56,435 bases of DNA, filler included, from Porpidia crustulata (GCA_964255105.1; 5 parts of 5 records of this genome joined end to end with filler, not necessarily neighbours in it); one strand, 5' to 3'; shown: positions 37,482-50,977, counted from the whole stretch's first letter. Translations and numbers: made by a program. The notes: a model not told the origin generated them from the letters alone.

Positions 37482-39691
37482 GGTTGTAATTTATGCGGAT
37501 GCTTGAATTCAACACATCGGTGACAAAATCATCGAAGGAGCGGAGGAAATTCTCTCTGGGACCGAGCTGGTCGACTCAAATATCTTTCATCATGGGCACG
37601 CAAGGAACTTTTTATACATGGACTTCAACATCAGCCTTGACAAGTAGCGAAGATTGATTCGAAGCGCCGAAGCGACTCGGAAAGTATCCGATCATTAATA
37701 AAAAGCTAGGAAATGCCATGAGTTTACATAATGAGAAAAAGCTCAGGCACAGAAATGACTGCTTGCGACGTCGCATTGTTCAGGAAGCGATAGGCGCGTC
37801 GTATCCACAATGCTCACGGTCATCAACTCCATTGAACACATTCAAGCTCTTTTTCTCTTGGTAGGGTATGCTGGCATGGCCGAAATATGTTCGAAGTCTA
37901 GTCATTGGGGTTCACTGTGATGGGGAGATGTTACCTAGAGTATCGAGGCGAGAACGTATAAATCAAGCGTCTAGACCGAATTAGGCAATACAAATCGCGC
38001 TCCTCGATATGCTTCTCCTCTTTACGGAAGCACCAATCCAAGAAGGCGTCAACTTATCTACCAAAAGCATGCTCTTGAAAGATCAATATTTATCCTAGAT
38101 GTCCTAGAACTCTCTGACCTAGCTCAAATCAAGGGCAAAGGGCGCAATGCAGTCAGCTTCGAAGTCGAAGATCACTCTTTGTTAAAGACATCCAACCCTC
38201 AGGCGATTACGTTTAGCAATGTATGAGAATGAGCTTCTTCCTTATAAATAAGACTGGGTTGCCCCTTCCGCTGGCAGGTTCGTAGCCTGCCCAATCAGCT
38301 CTCGGTTACTTGACCTCTGTGTAAACGGAGAGCGTAGCATCCATTACGAAAAAAACGTCGCCTTGTCCCCTGTTTGTTACTGTTTTCACTCTGCTCCGTT
38401 TTCGCAGCGTTGTCGCCTGCTATCCTCCTGCACTGCTGAATCTTCGTTGCTTGCTCCGTCCACTTCTCCTGGCCAGAACGACACTGATACATATGTAAGC
38501 CAACAGCGTATGGGCGACGGCGCAGTCAAGATCAGAATCCAAGATTTGGGGGACAGCGGGATCGTTGAGGCATGCAACGGAGGTCCACGCGCACTTGGTA
38601 TTCTCGCGGGTGACTGTCAAGGTCACACACTTAGCGTCTTGTGGGAGCAAATTAATGATGAAGGGGCCTAGCCTTAGCCACACGTTGCCTACTGTATTCA
38701 TGAACAAGATAGATTTAAAGTCACGTGTGCACGAACGATCCTGGAACAAAAATGCAATTACGACCTAGCTACCAGGCTGCCACACTATTCCTAGCTGTTT
38801 CGCTATCGTCTCCTTATGTTCAATAGACCCCCATCGCATCACGTTGTCAACCGCTTCACCATCTAAGCAAAATGCCAGTGATGTTCGTCCGTTTACTGCG
38901 CTATCTAAATTTCTGTTCTAACAAAAGTTTGCAAGTCTTCTTTAATCTATAGACTGAGCATCGACGCTTTGTCAAAATTGCAAAATTTCTTGCGAGATTC
39001 TTCATTGCGCAGCATGTAGTTTGATATGGTAAACCCTTTTGCCCTTGTCAGGGGCAGGCAGCCTTTCATTTCCAGCAGAGAATATAGAGGAAAATGAAAA
39101 CAGAGCCAGGATGTGTGGTTCCAGCAACCATAGTCATTGATACGAATCCGGTTCAGAAATTCCGATTCAGAAGATGATCATGCTCCCAGAATCCACATGC
39201 CAAACCGGATCGGGGCTTCCAACATATCCCCTGTCACGAATCCTCAACAACAATCAGACAAATCACAATCCCGATCCCAAATCAAACAGCAGTCATGGCT
39301 GTACTGAGGGGTCCTCAGGAAAGGTTAGGTCTGGCGATTCACAATTATTATCACGTAGCTGCTGTTTGTAATCCTTGGATCACTAGCACGCAGTTACGCC
39401 TTCTTATTTTGGAACGAGAAAACACTCGGGTTTCAACTTTACACCTTACATCATCGTGGTGTAATCTGACTCATCTCTTACTCTCTTCAAAGGAATTGAG
39501 AATTGGATATGGAGCAGAATCAATTGTAGTAATATAGTCATTAGTACGCTAGTCTTTGCAAGCTATCTGGCTATAATCTGATTCGTATAATGGGGAGATG
39601 TATATCCGTTGATACCCTCTGGACAGTCTGTAGCCTACCCAGAATCAACCCTACTCATGGTGGTTCTTTAACCAAACCTGACCCCTCGAAT

Positions 39692-40836
39692 CTAGCATCC
39701 AAGATTGATCGCGTTCGAATATAAAGCATATGTATCCGCATTCAGCACAGCCAACCTGGTCGACAACGCTGTCGAGGCCGCATACCCGTACGCGTTATCT
39801 GCTGTTCCCGGGCTATAGGTTGCCGGCGCATGCGTAAACTCATGAATACTCGTCGTTACTTGATCCTGGGCATGGCAAGTGCTCGTCAAGTGCGGGAGAT
39901 AGGAGTAGTAGATCTTGCAGTTGGCGATGATGTTCTGCGAGGGGATCGTGTAGGCGAGAACGTTGGGGGAGCAGTAGTTCGAGACGTCATCGCAGTAGTA
40001 GGTTGTCCCCCCGCCGGTGGTGCCCCTGGCTTGGGCTGCAACGCCAGCTAGGCGGTTGCTCACAGTTTGACGGGTTTGGGAGTCGGTGGCCCTGAAGTAT
40101 TCGTTGAATTTGGCGGCATTTCCATATAGGGCGGCGTTGGCGGCAGCGCTAGCTAAATTTGCTGCATCGCTAAGGGCTCGATCCAGAGCAGATAGCTCAG
40201 TACCACTACATCTAGATACGGTAGTTCTCTTGTTGATGATCTTGATGGCTGGAGCAACATTTGCAACTTTAGTGGCATCCACATTAATCGACAACTTGTT
40301 GCTTTGGTAGAAGATTTTGGCTCCGGACAGGGTAGCAGTGCCCGCAGTGGCGACAGGAAAGGCGCCTTCAGTGATGACCTCGAAGTTGCCGCCGGCCTTC
40401 ATGTCGGTGACGGCGGCAAGGTCAAACGTCGAGTCGACGGATTTGCCAGCGCCGATTGTTGTGAAGGCATCCATTTCTAAATCCGTCGTTTTGATACGTA
40501 ACAGAATGCCTGTGTGAGCGAGAGCGACGCCTACTATGGCATTAGAAATCTCTATCCTTGGTATATATCTACCTACAGAGAAAGTCGGCTGGAGAAGGAC
40601 TTCGTACCGTCCTTGTAGACAGTAGCTTTATAAACAGGTGCAGCATCCAAGAAGCTTCCTGCCTTGAGCACAGAAATATCATCCGCGGCATTATTCTTGA
40701 TTGTGACTTTGACAACGCTCTCTTGTACAGAGGAGATGGTGACAGTCACGTCATCGGCCCGCTTCTCAATAGCAAGAGAAGATACGAAGGGGGAAACAAT
40801 TGCTGCTGCAAGCAAGATGGAGTTGAAAAATTGCAT
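39692..40836 (-). CDS. Secreted neutral protease 2 / deuterolysin (peptidase M35)
   Basis: Signal peptide MQFFNSILLAAAIVSPFVSS, prodomain, KR processing site (INKR|TTVSRC), zinc motif HEFTH, downstream GTAD and NADTYALY. Intron 40607-40531. Confidence 0.95.
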
Positions 40837-42271
40837 GGTGACTGGAATCGCAATACGACTGGGATGGGTGCTGAGAAAACTGTTCACATTCCAGCCAAAA
40901 CCTTCATCCTTCTCCCAGTCTCTTATAGCTATGATGATAAATTGAAATAGGAAGTTGCACGTTCATCGTGGGCAACACACCTCTTTGAGCTTTCAATGCC
41001 GATACTACTCTTGTGACCTTGGATATGATGCCAGCCTGTCAAATATCGTAACAAATATGAGCAGGCAACCAACGAGATTGTCGTTGCGATAGCAAAATCG
41101 ACGCTGATTTGCTGAGCATTCAACCTCATTCAGAAGGTTACCTTGACGCCAAGGGGATTAAAACATATTCAGCGAGCTGCTGCTGCAGATCTTCAAAACT
41201 GAGGGTTGGAAATGTCAGTCATGATTGCCAGGATGATGATAAGTCGGGAACGTGCATAAGTCAAGCAGCAATAGTGTCAACAGCGGAAGAACGGAATGCA
41301 TGCCATTCTGAGTAAGAAGATTGGAAACCTAAGGTAGACGAGGAAAGTTCAAGGTCTTGACTAAAGTAATGTCCTGGAAACGCAGTGCATTGGGCATATT
41401 TTGTTATTCTTTTATAGGTCTCTAACATGATTTGGCCCACAGTAGAATTCGAGATTTGGAATTCAGAGGTCGTAAACCGTCGAGTCAACAGCTTTAGGGT
41501 CGAAAAGAAGCAGTCCCATCGATAGAATCACATCGAAATTGCTCGTAGAGTTTAGTCATCTCAGGAGATTTGAGGTTCCACTTGAGATTTGGAGTGCTGA
41601 TGGAAGTACCATTCGTCCACCCACATGGTAGGCTGTGAGCCACGGAGACAGATGAATCAACTTTCCGGAGTCGCGTGAACGACATGGCCTGGAGCGGCGT
41701 GCCATCGGAGAAGTCGTGCAGATTCGGAAGACTTTCGCCTACGAAGCAGCTGTGGATGCAATTTATCAAGGGACAGTCCACCAGACTTAACGACTGAAAT
41801 GGACAAAACACTGATTATACAAGACGTGAATGGACTGTAGAAGGTTCCATCAGTACTTGGCGATGAAACATCGACATGCATCGATGCAGGAAATAATGTG
41901 CGAAAACGGAGAATTTCCAAACATAGTTGGTGACTTCGGGGAAAAACAACCAAACACATGAGGGGTAAAGCCCTAAAGAAGAGAGAAGGTGAAGAGAAGT
42001 CTGCAGGTGAATACTAGTGTTGTCCTCCTTGACCAATCGCCATCTCAATTCATGAGCCTGAGATGCTTAATCCAACGTCTTGAAGCCCAACCCTTATTCT
42101 ATACGCGGGGAGGATGCTGGAAAGGCAGGTAACACTGGCCGAATGGGTTGTTCATGTTGCAGCATGGGAGTAGAATAACCCCTGAACGTCACCAATGCGG
42201 AATGAGGGGACGGGAGAGAGATAAGGCGCGCTAACAGAAGAAAGCAGGTGGTTTAGTCCAGGTGCGACGTG

Positions 42272-42303
42272 TTGGAGGTTGGAGGTTGGAGGTTGGAGGT
42301 TGG
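42272..42303. repeat. (TTGGAGG)n heptamer repeat in the divergent intergenic region
   Basis: ttggaggttggaggttggaggttggaggttgg. Confidence 0.75.
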
Positions 42304-42604
42304 GAGTTGGCGGATCTGACGATTTGCAACCTCCGAGATCTCGCTATTTTGGTTCATGTCCGCTGACTAAGACCGTCTTGTCCAATCATGTGATCTCATC
42401 TGCCTCGCTTCTCTGCCCCGGCGTCAGGCCGGTGGACTGAGGCACAATTAGTCGGAAAGCATACTTGGAAGCTTACCTTATTATTTCTCATCCAATAGTG
42501 CATTGGGCAATTAAAGCACAAACAAATACTCTGGTATCCCCACCGCTCTTGAAGTGCACCGTTTCTAGATTTACCTCAATCCCATCCTACGCCTTTCCAT
42601 CCCC

Positions 42605-43126
42605 ATGTCGTCGAGCGGTCAGTTGTCAATGGTGGATCTCTCCTGGGCACTGCAGACCTGGATCTGCCCAGTGGCCTCATCTCTTCGGCCAGGAGCACCC
42701 TTTACAATCGATGTAATCGTTCGGAATAATCTTGATCATCCGTTGACTGTGCTCACCTGGGACTCCCCTCTTGACCAGAAGGCAGGCATCCTAGGCATCT
42801 TTCAAGCTCGAGATGTCGAAGAGGACGAGTTAATCCAAGGAGACTTCCTCAGATTTCGACGGAAGATGCCTCCCCCCAAAGACAGCTTTCGCGAGATTGG
42901 TGGCAAGGAGCAGATCACACAACGTATCACACTTCCTGGATTGCGGTTGTCCACTGGTACAGAATTCATCATCGAAGGGAGAGGGCGATGGCAAGCTGTC
43001 TGGAATTGTCCGATGGCTGATGTCGACGAGTCTTTGCTAGTATCTCTAGCCGACGCACATTGTGGGGACGTCTTTTGCGTGAGTGACAGCTTCGAGATCA
43101 ACGACGAAAGCTCGAGTACAGAATAG
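42605..43126 (+). CDS. Stand-alone M35-prodomain-like protein with no signal peptide and no catalytic domain
   Basis: Intact 173-aa ORF. VIVRNNLDHPLTVLTWDSPLD aligns by eye with VTIKNNAADDISVLKAGSFLD in the adjacent protease prodomain. Confidence 0.75.
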   Translation: MSSSGQLSMVDLSWALQTWICPVASSLRPGAPFTIDVIVRNNLDHPLTVLTWDSPLDQKAGILGIFQARDVEEDELIQGDFLRFRRKMPPPKDSFREIGGKEQITQRITLPGLRLSTGTEFIIEGRGRWQAVWNCPMADVDESLLVSLADAHCGDVFCVSDSFEINDESSSTE

Positions 43127-44585
43127 AAGATCAACTACCAATGAGCGTGTATCTTCTTCCAAAACATATACACGGTAAGCTGTGTGTTCTGGCAAGAGGC
43201 AATGCAAAGCGCCTGAAAATTAGAGATCACTACAATTCTGAGATACATATGGAAGAGGTCAATAGGATGTAACAATTTTGATGCACGAGTATCGACAATC
43301 ACTGGCCTGGGATAGATTGCGAGCCATTCATGATGGGGTGAGCGATTTTAAATATGGCAGCACAGGCGAATATGTCTTGGACTTTCCCAGGCCAAAAAGA
43401 TTTTACATACCTTGTACACTAGCGGGGCGACGGATTTAAAGGAAAAGGCTCTAGTCTCGAGTCCAGATCGATAGGGATCCGGCCGGACTTCAAAGGAAAT
43501 GAGTTGGCGATTGGACAGTATTATCAAGTGCATGCGGAACCAGACGTTATCTTTGAACGAGGAGTACCTGACAAAGGCTTGGACTACTGTTGAGGAAGCA
43601 GCATTCATTTCTGGACACGTGCTAGAACTCTAGACATAGCGAGACATTCGTATATGCAAAGCTCCGGACTTGATCGTCAAGGCTAAAGTAACATTGGACC
43701 TAGTCTTGTTCGTAATGTTCGCTCCTCTAATGCTTGAATTTTAGGTGGGCGACTCTGGGAAACGGCCAAGAGGCGGATTATCAGGGGAAAGACTCACAAG
43801 AACGGACTTGCATGGGGAACAAGGAACATAGGAATCCACCAAATTTGTCATGTATAGGACCCGGACAAGACGGCTAATACACATCGCGTCTTGAAAGATG
43901 CTCCAGGACTCTTCCCGAATCGCTCCTCAGGTTTCGGTTTGTTATCCAACTCGCTGGCCACAGTGTCGCAAAAAAAATCCAGGAGGTAGGCCAGAAGATG
44001 CCTACTTCTGAATTCTGTTCGAGCTTCGCGTTGCAACGCTTGAGATCGCAGGATCTATAGGATCTAACATCGGAAACGCACGTACACCAGCAGGGTCACA
44101 TGGTCTTTTAGGACAAACCTCACAAAAAATAGTTCTTCTGATAGCATCGACTATCCTTTATATAAATAGGAGCAGGGTGGCGCGTTCGCGAGCTTCCGAA
44201 TTCACATCTTCCGCGACGAGAACCAAGGCATCACCCAAAAGCGCCATAGAGGCATGTTTAGCAATAGTATACCTAATTGCGATGTTTGAAGCGTTGAGCG
44301 TTGAGCGGCTGAAATAAAATAGGAAGCCCATTCATCGGGGAAAGGCCGGCAACAGGTATGGGTGAAGCCATAGGCGGTGCCTTTTATTTTATATTATTGT
44401 AGTCCTTGTGGTTGCAACATGACAATTTCAACCGGACTAGACGTAGATGGCGATAGAGTTGGAATGTTGAATCTGTGATTGACGATCATGCGTGTGAGGA
44501 ACTTGGATTGTCTCAAATACGCATCATCCCAGCTGTACAGCCTCAAGAGCCTCTAATCCATAAGTCTTAGCACCTCCCACGACCA

Positions 44586-45163
44586 ATGGATCCCGCCACT
44601 CTCATCGTCGCCGAACAGGCAGTCTCAACCACCGTCGAAGGAGCAGCTATCGCGGGCATTGGTCTAGCCCAAGCTACACAACCCTTGAGCGCCACCTTCA
44701 CCCGCATCACCAGTGAAGCATTCCTTCCTCGATTCAACCACACTCTGACAGTCGTCGCGGGGAAAGCTTATATATTTGGTGGAGAAGTCTCACCCGGCGA
44801 AGTCGCTGACGATGAGGTGCACATCGTGCGTATACCATCGAAGAATTCTCGAGGAGATGGAGAGCCGGAATACAAGTGTGTGCCTTCACTTGGAGAGGGC
44901 GACAATGGGAAAGTGCCCGGCTCAAGATCGGGGCATACAGCGTGTGCGATTGGGAACAAGATGTATGTCTGTGGTGGAAGGGGAAAGGATATGAAGGTAC
45001 TAGAAGAGAAGGGCCGCGTCTGGGTTTTCGACACAGGCACCTTGCACTGGAGTCATCTCAACCCCCTCTCCGAAATCTGTCCTCCGGATCGTTACCACCA
45101 CGGCTGCGTTTCAAGCGAGCTTCCCTTTTCTAGCACCCACGCCCTTCCCACGTCAACCTATAC
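44586..45163 (+). CDS. Kelch-repeat protein, 3' truncated at contig end
   Basis: PRFNHTLTVVAGKAYIFGGE; SRSGHTACAIGNKMYVCGG; VWVFDTGTLHW; RYHHGC. Confidence 0.85.
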
Positions 45164-45263
45164 NNNNNNNNNNNNNNNNNNNNNNNNNNNNNNNNNNNNN
45201 NNNNNNNTTAATTAATTAANNNNNNNNNNNNNNNNNNNNNNNNNNNNNNNNNNNNNNNNNNNN
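45164..45263. other. Artificial contig spacer
   Basis: N run with TTAATTAATTAA linker. Confidence 0.97.
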
Positions 45264-45930
45264 CCCCAACACCCCCCCACACAACGAAAAAAACTCGCAT
45301 TACAAGCCCAGCACTGACAAGAGGGATGGACCTATCTCTAGTCTCGAAACTGCCGTTGCCGCAGAGCCAGAACGTACATTTTGTTCCGCCCCCTCGGACC
45401 AACAACATGCTCGGAACCTTTGAGAGAGTGCTGCTCGCGACGACTGCTCTGCTCGTTGTCACCCGAGGGCTCTCCTGCAGGGATCACGGCGCTACATGCG
45501 TGCGCTGGGGTGATTGTGAGCTCGTTCTTCCTCCCGTTGATGAACCAGTACCGGGGGAGGCTAATCAGCAGCCAGACGTGTGCTTTTTTAATATTGTAAG
45601 CTTTGCTGGATGAGGTATACTGGCGTTCTGCAGATGCTCATGGAAGGCATTTACAGCTGGGATTTGGGCTGCTGAAATTGTTTCGTGGAAGGCTGCTGCT
45701 GGAGGGAGGTGTGGCGAAACAGGTCAAGTATATTTAAGGTGTCACGAGTCAATGCGATTGAAGTGGCTTTCCTAAAAAAATTTTGGTCTGCAGGAAGCAG
45801 TACGTCCTTCGCCTGCAGAGCAAATCAAGCTATAGAACGCTTTGTGTTTATTTCCGCAATCGAGGAGGACAAATGAGGATAGTCCGATTTCGAGAGCTAG
45901 AGATACGCTGCGAAAGCCTCCTCCAATGGA

Positions 45931-47937
45931 CTAGCCTGCAGAGATTGCCTTGCTCTCTTCTAAATCCCTATCATCGAGCCTTGCTCTCCTCTCATCCGCG
46001 ACCTTCTTCGCATTCAACCATTCGATGCAGAGCGTGCAAGGTATAGCCATACATGCCATGGCGAGTGCCAGGAACATGGTGCGAACGACGGCCGTGTTCC
46101 AGATTGAGCGCATCATGTCAAGATCGTTCGGTGCCATTGCCGCCTCTGATAGTCTTGTCGGGTCCGCGGCTACGATGGTGGAAGCCATGCTCTCGGGGAA
46201 TACGCGACGAGCTGCATTCTTAATCGTGCTGAGTGTCACGGTCTGACCAACAACGATTGATATCGCGCTTATCAACAATGTCAGCGCTACCATCTCCAAC
46301 AATTGATAGGAACTCACCCGCCCAGCTGCGAAGAAAAGACAGCAATTGCTGCGAAATTAGCATACGTCGGGGGGTATGGTTGGAGGCTTACCATTGCCTG
46401 TTGAAACATCGTCTTGGCTGTGATGAGGTGAGAGATCAGGGTCAGAAAGCTGGCAATGAGTATCTAGATTCGGGTCTGCTTACTTTAAGGCGATTTGGAC
46501 AGCTGTGCAGGGAAGCTGCATAGCCATACCCATGCCGATACCAGTCACGACTAATGAAGACGCCCAAAAGAGTGTTGACGACGTAGGTACCAAAAGAGTG
46601 AGAAGTGAAATGCCTCCGACACAAACGAGCTCACCTATGAGCATATAAGGGATCTAGTGATGGCGTTCAGTACAATGCAGATAATGCTTGATCTTGATAT
46701 TTTGGATCATACGTAGTAACCCCACTTTGACACCACGGCGCCGGTCACGATTAAGGCTAATATTTGGGGTACCAGAAGCGGAATAAACCGAACACCGCTT
46801 GTGATTGCGTCGACGCCTTTAACTGTTTGGAACCAGAAGGGAAGATAGAAGGAGATCTAGATGAGTTTATGAACAATGAGGTCAAATATCACGGGTGTTG
46901 TGACCTACCACATAGAGTGTAGCACCCAGGAAAAATAGAACTCCAGACCCAGCGAGAATTGAGCGACTGCGCAAAACGCGAAGGGGAATCGTGGCCTTTT
47001 CTCCCAGCTTTCTTTGAATATGAAAGAAAACAAGGATTAGGAGGCCAAAGTCGACGAACAAACCTATAACTGTTGCGGACCCCCAGGACTCGGATTGCCC
47101 GCCTCGTTGCAAAGCTATCAGGAGGCAACATATAGCTGCGATGAATACAGTACAGCCGAGCGGGTCCATATGGCCAAGCTTCACCCTCAACGGCAGCTTT
47201 CGGATTTGGTTGTCGGCGTCGTTGATTCGAAGGAAGAAATACAATAGTATGAGAACAATGGTGCCCAACGGGACGTTGCTGCAGAAAAATTCGTCATCCC
47301 AAGAAAGTATCAATGGAGCGGAACATTCAACTTACACCTATAAGCACCATCTCCACGTCGAATGAGTGGTGAATGCACCTCCAAGGACTGGCCCAATACA
47401 AACGGTCACAACGTAGACGCTGATAACGATGCTCTGGTACAGTGGTCGCTTTTCCATTTCTACGACCTCCCCAATGACTGCCAGAGCGCCTTGAAGAATA
47501 CCAGCAGCACCAAGGCCAGCCACGGCTCTGCCGTAAATGAACATCGCAGAGTTCCTGGCTGCCGCGCAAAGGATGGAGCCAACTAGCGAGGGCACCTATC
47601 AGTGCTAGCAGATCAGCGAAAGCGAGGGAAACAAACCCTCGAAAGTGACAAGGCACCCCTTGTACGTATTCTCAATGTTGAAAAATTTATACAATGTACC
47701 AAATGCTGGCTGAAAGGATGTTGCGGTGAGGAGATAGGCGGAGCCATACCACGCCACATCCTCCAATGCGTGGAAGTCCGAGGTTATCTTGGGCACAGCG
47801 ACGTTGATTATATTGGTATCGAGAGCCATTACGAAGGCTCCTAGGTAAAGTGAAAGAATTACTGTAGCCAAACGCCATCCTTTGAGGTACTGGGACTTCG
47901 AAGGCTGCAATCGTTCGGCGCTTTCTATCTGTTTCAT
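45931..47937 (-). pseudogene. MFS 14-TM drug/toxin efflux transporter (DHA2 family) with premature TAG at 47338-47340
   Basis: LDTNIINVAVPKITSDFHALEDVAWYGSAYLL, GRAVAGLGAAG, GPVLGGAFT...WRWCL*, WFQTVKGVDA. The TAG sits where WRWCF[W/Y]IN has an aromatic residue. Multi-intron structure otherwise appears intact. Confidence 0.8.
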
Positions 47938-49644
47938 GGTAGAGACCAAGAAAGACGTGTATAGGTCAACAGTTCAAAAGGAACAGCTTTGCGAGCTGTC
48001 AGGTACCGAAATCCTCCCCAAAAAAGATGACTATGCCCGATGGAAACAAGGGCTCCTTGTGATGAAATTTCCACTGAATTCATACGTAAAAGTCACCGTA
48101 TAAAGTATGGATGAGTGGATCTTTGAGAGGCAGGTAAAATCGGCTCTTCAGATGAGCTGGCTCGTGCTGTCGTGGCAGCTGAAGATGGTGTCCACGGCTG
48201 TCATAGAAGGGAGTACAGCGGGCACAGGCGGTGCGTCCAGCTGAAGCGCAGTGACAAGCCAAGCCCACTGCGCCGTCCTCGAGGTAAGAAGATACACTCG
48301 TCCGTGAGCTAAGTTTCCCGTCGCTCTGTTTGGTAATGCATATTGATCGTAATTTAATACCGTTAAGAGGTTACTCAAAGTCAGGGAACGGTAAATTAAC
48401 TCCTGGAGCCTACTTGATACTTGCAGCGACTCCACATGTGGACGTTCAGCTCCGAATTATCCTGCGGGTTTATCAGCGACTATTGCATGTATTCCCACAA
48501 TGTTGCCTGCAATTGCGGTGGTATTCTGTGCCAAAGGCGGATCTGCCAATAGTAAGCTATTTGCATAGGTAGTCCTGCCGCGCACAGGTCCTGTCTCATC
48601 ATCATATGCAGCTGCACGGCGAAAAGCCAAGAGGTGCATCATTTGTTGTCCTCCATCCTGAGACTCCTTGTACACTCCCAAACACTCCCAACAGGGGGCA
48701 GTCAAGCCGATCAACGACGTCAGGCTACCAGAGGAAGTAGATGGCGTGAGCCTCAGCTGGTCATAAGGAGTGGTCGTACAAACAAGGCGTTCGCGCTAGT
48801 AGAAGCGCTGGGCGCAATGTGTCCGGAAACACGTTTGTCCACCACTGCGGTGCGACCCCCACTGACACAAGGTCTTGATTTCCCACGCACTCGCCATCTT
48901 TTTTTGGTAGGGTACGACGACAGCGACAGAACAGGCTTCCCACCATACAGCATGACAGCATCCGGCGCAATGCCGATTCTAGCCCACCAATCAACCTTCG
49001 TCTAGAAGGGGGTCTGATGTGGACACAAAATTCCCGTGTGTGCTCCAGCCTTATCACGCGCAGGTCGACTGACCCAGCGTTTCCTCCGCTACCTCAACAC
49101 CGCTCTTTGCATACGCAGACCGCCTCACTTGTGCATCACCTTGCCTTTTACACCTTAGATGTGAGAGCCCTCAAAGCATTAAGACGTGTTTCCCAAATTT
49201 CGATAAAGTATTTGGGTTCTATTGGAACAGCCTCATCGGCTAGGCATACCTCTGGCTTTGCACAGGATTTTGGCTCTAGTATGCAGATGAGCTTTCTTGA
49301 GGTAGTCTGACATGCATTGCAAGGTTTGATTTTGCGCACCTATGTTGCACAAAAGGTCAAGAGAAAGAAGATCCACCATCCACTTCGTTTGCTGCCAATA
49401 AACGTCGAAATTCCGCATAGGATCTGCATCATGCATGGCGGGGGCAGAGACGTTCACCTAAGGGAAGGCAGATTTCTAGATGTCCGTGGAGCTGATTTTC
49501 GCGAGGATATGAAGGATCGAATCCAAGAAATTCTTTCGTTTCGTGCAAGTCTGATAAGATCACAAGCTTGTCTGTTTTGACTCGTCTGTTGTTTCTGAGC
49601 AAAGCGGACCGCACCTACAGATTGACACAAGTGAGCTCGCCGTC

Positions 49645-50977
49645 ATGGCTTCAACATCACCACTCACCCCCAAAGTTAGCCAAATATCCTTCATGGTAAG
49701 CTTGGACTGGCGTAAAGCTGATGACTGGACTGACAAGACTTTAGGGCACCTTGTGGGGCGCCACTGCTGTTTCGGCGCTATTCGTCGTGTTCCGCATCTT
49801 TGTTCGCATCAGAGTCTTCCGCAGACTTTGGGTGGATGACGGCTTGGTCATATTAGCTTGGTTGTTGCTTTTGGTTTCCGCAGTGTTATGGCAAACACAA
49901 GTTGATGCATTGTACACCCAATTTCAATTACTTTCTCAATCTGTGCTTCCGACGCCGGAGATCTATCGCAAACAAAGGACGTATTTCCGGTCACTGGCCG
50001 CCATGATTGTTGCCTTTTACACGTGTCTCTTCGCTGTCAAGCTCTCATTCCTCTTTTTCTTCCGGAGATTGGGGGCCAAAGTCCAAGGCCAGCGCACCTG
50101 GTGGTGGGTTGTTCTGGTCTTCAACACCGCAGCCTGGATTACCCTCATTGGATCGATGGGATGGCCGTGTATGCTTAAACCCCTAGAATACATCTTCAGT
50201 AAGGCAGACTTCACGTCCTCGCAATTTCCATGACTGACTGACCTACAGCGCATTGTGACAAGAAGCCATCGCTGGCATTTCAACATGCGACTTTTATCTA
50301 CAATTGCACCATCGATGTTGTCACAGACGCCATGAGTAAGTCAACTTGCGGGACACTCATGTGCAGGGCTGACCGATAGAAGTCATGACAATACCCGCGC
50401 TGTTGCTCTGGAAAGTCAAGATGCCGCTGAGACAGAAGCTCGCCTTAATAGGTATCTTTTCTCTCACAGTCATAGTCATGGCAATTTCGATAGTCCGCGT
50501 TGCTGTGGTACAGACCTCGGACCGTCGCAACGCAGACCAAACTTGGCTCTTTGTATGGGCCAATTTGGAGATGGGTGTTGGTAAGGTAAAAGACTTCTAG
50601 ACATAGTCATCAGCTAATTGGTATTAGCAATCATCATTGCTTGTATTGCCTCGTTTCGTCAGCTGTTCACGAAGCAGGAGAAAGCACGCTACGTACCACC
50701 CGCGGCCGAGACGAATCGCATCCGTCAGAGGCTATGGTCAAATTTTCGTTCTAAATTCTCCTTGCCCTCGATCATTCCTTCTACCTTTAGAGTCTCCTTT
50801 GCTCGGAAAACCCGACTCAGTGGAAGCTTTTCTTTGAGTTCGAAGGACTGTATCGTACCACTGAATAATGTATACGTGAGCCATGGCGTGGGCATTTCCG
50901 CCGAAGCTAAGGAAGCAGGCAATGGTCATGGTGACCAAGATACGTACGGCAACAGTTTTCGGGTCCTTAATCCCTAG
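49645..50977 (+). CDS. PTH11-like (fungal rhodopsin-domain) integral membrane protein
   Basis: FVVFRIFVRIRVFRRLWVDD; AVKLSFLFFFRRL; DVVTDAM; IPALLLWKVKMPLRQKLALIGIFSL; WANLEMGV-AIIIACIASFRQLF. Four introns. Confidence 0.9.

Noticed and set aside
41233..41311. Possible C/D box snoRNA (ATGATGA...CTGA)
   Set aside because: No terminal stem and no recognisable rRNA-antisense element; such short boxes occur by chance.
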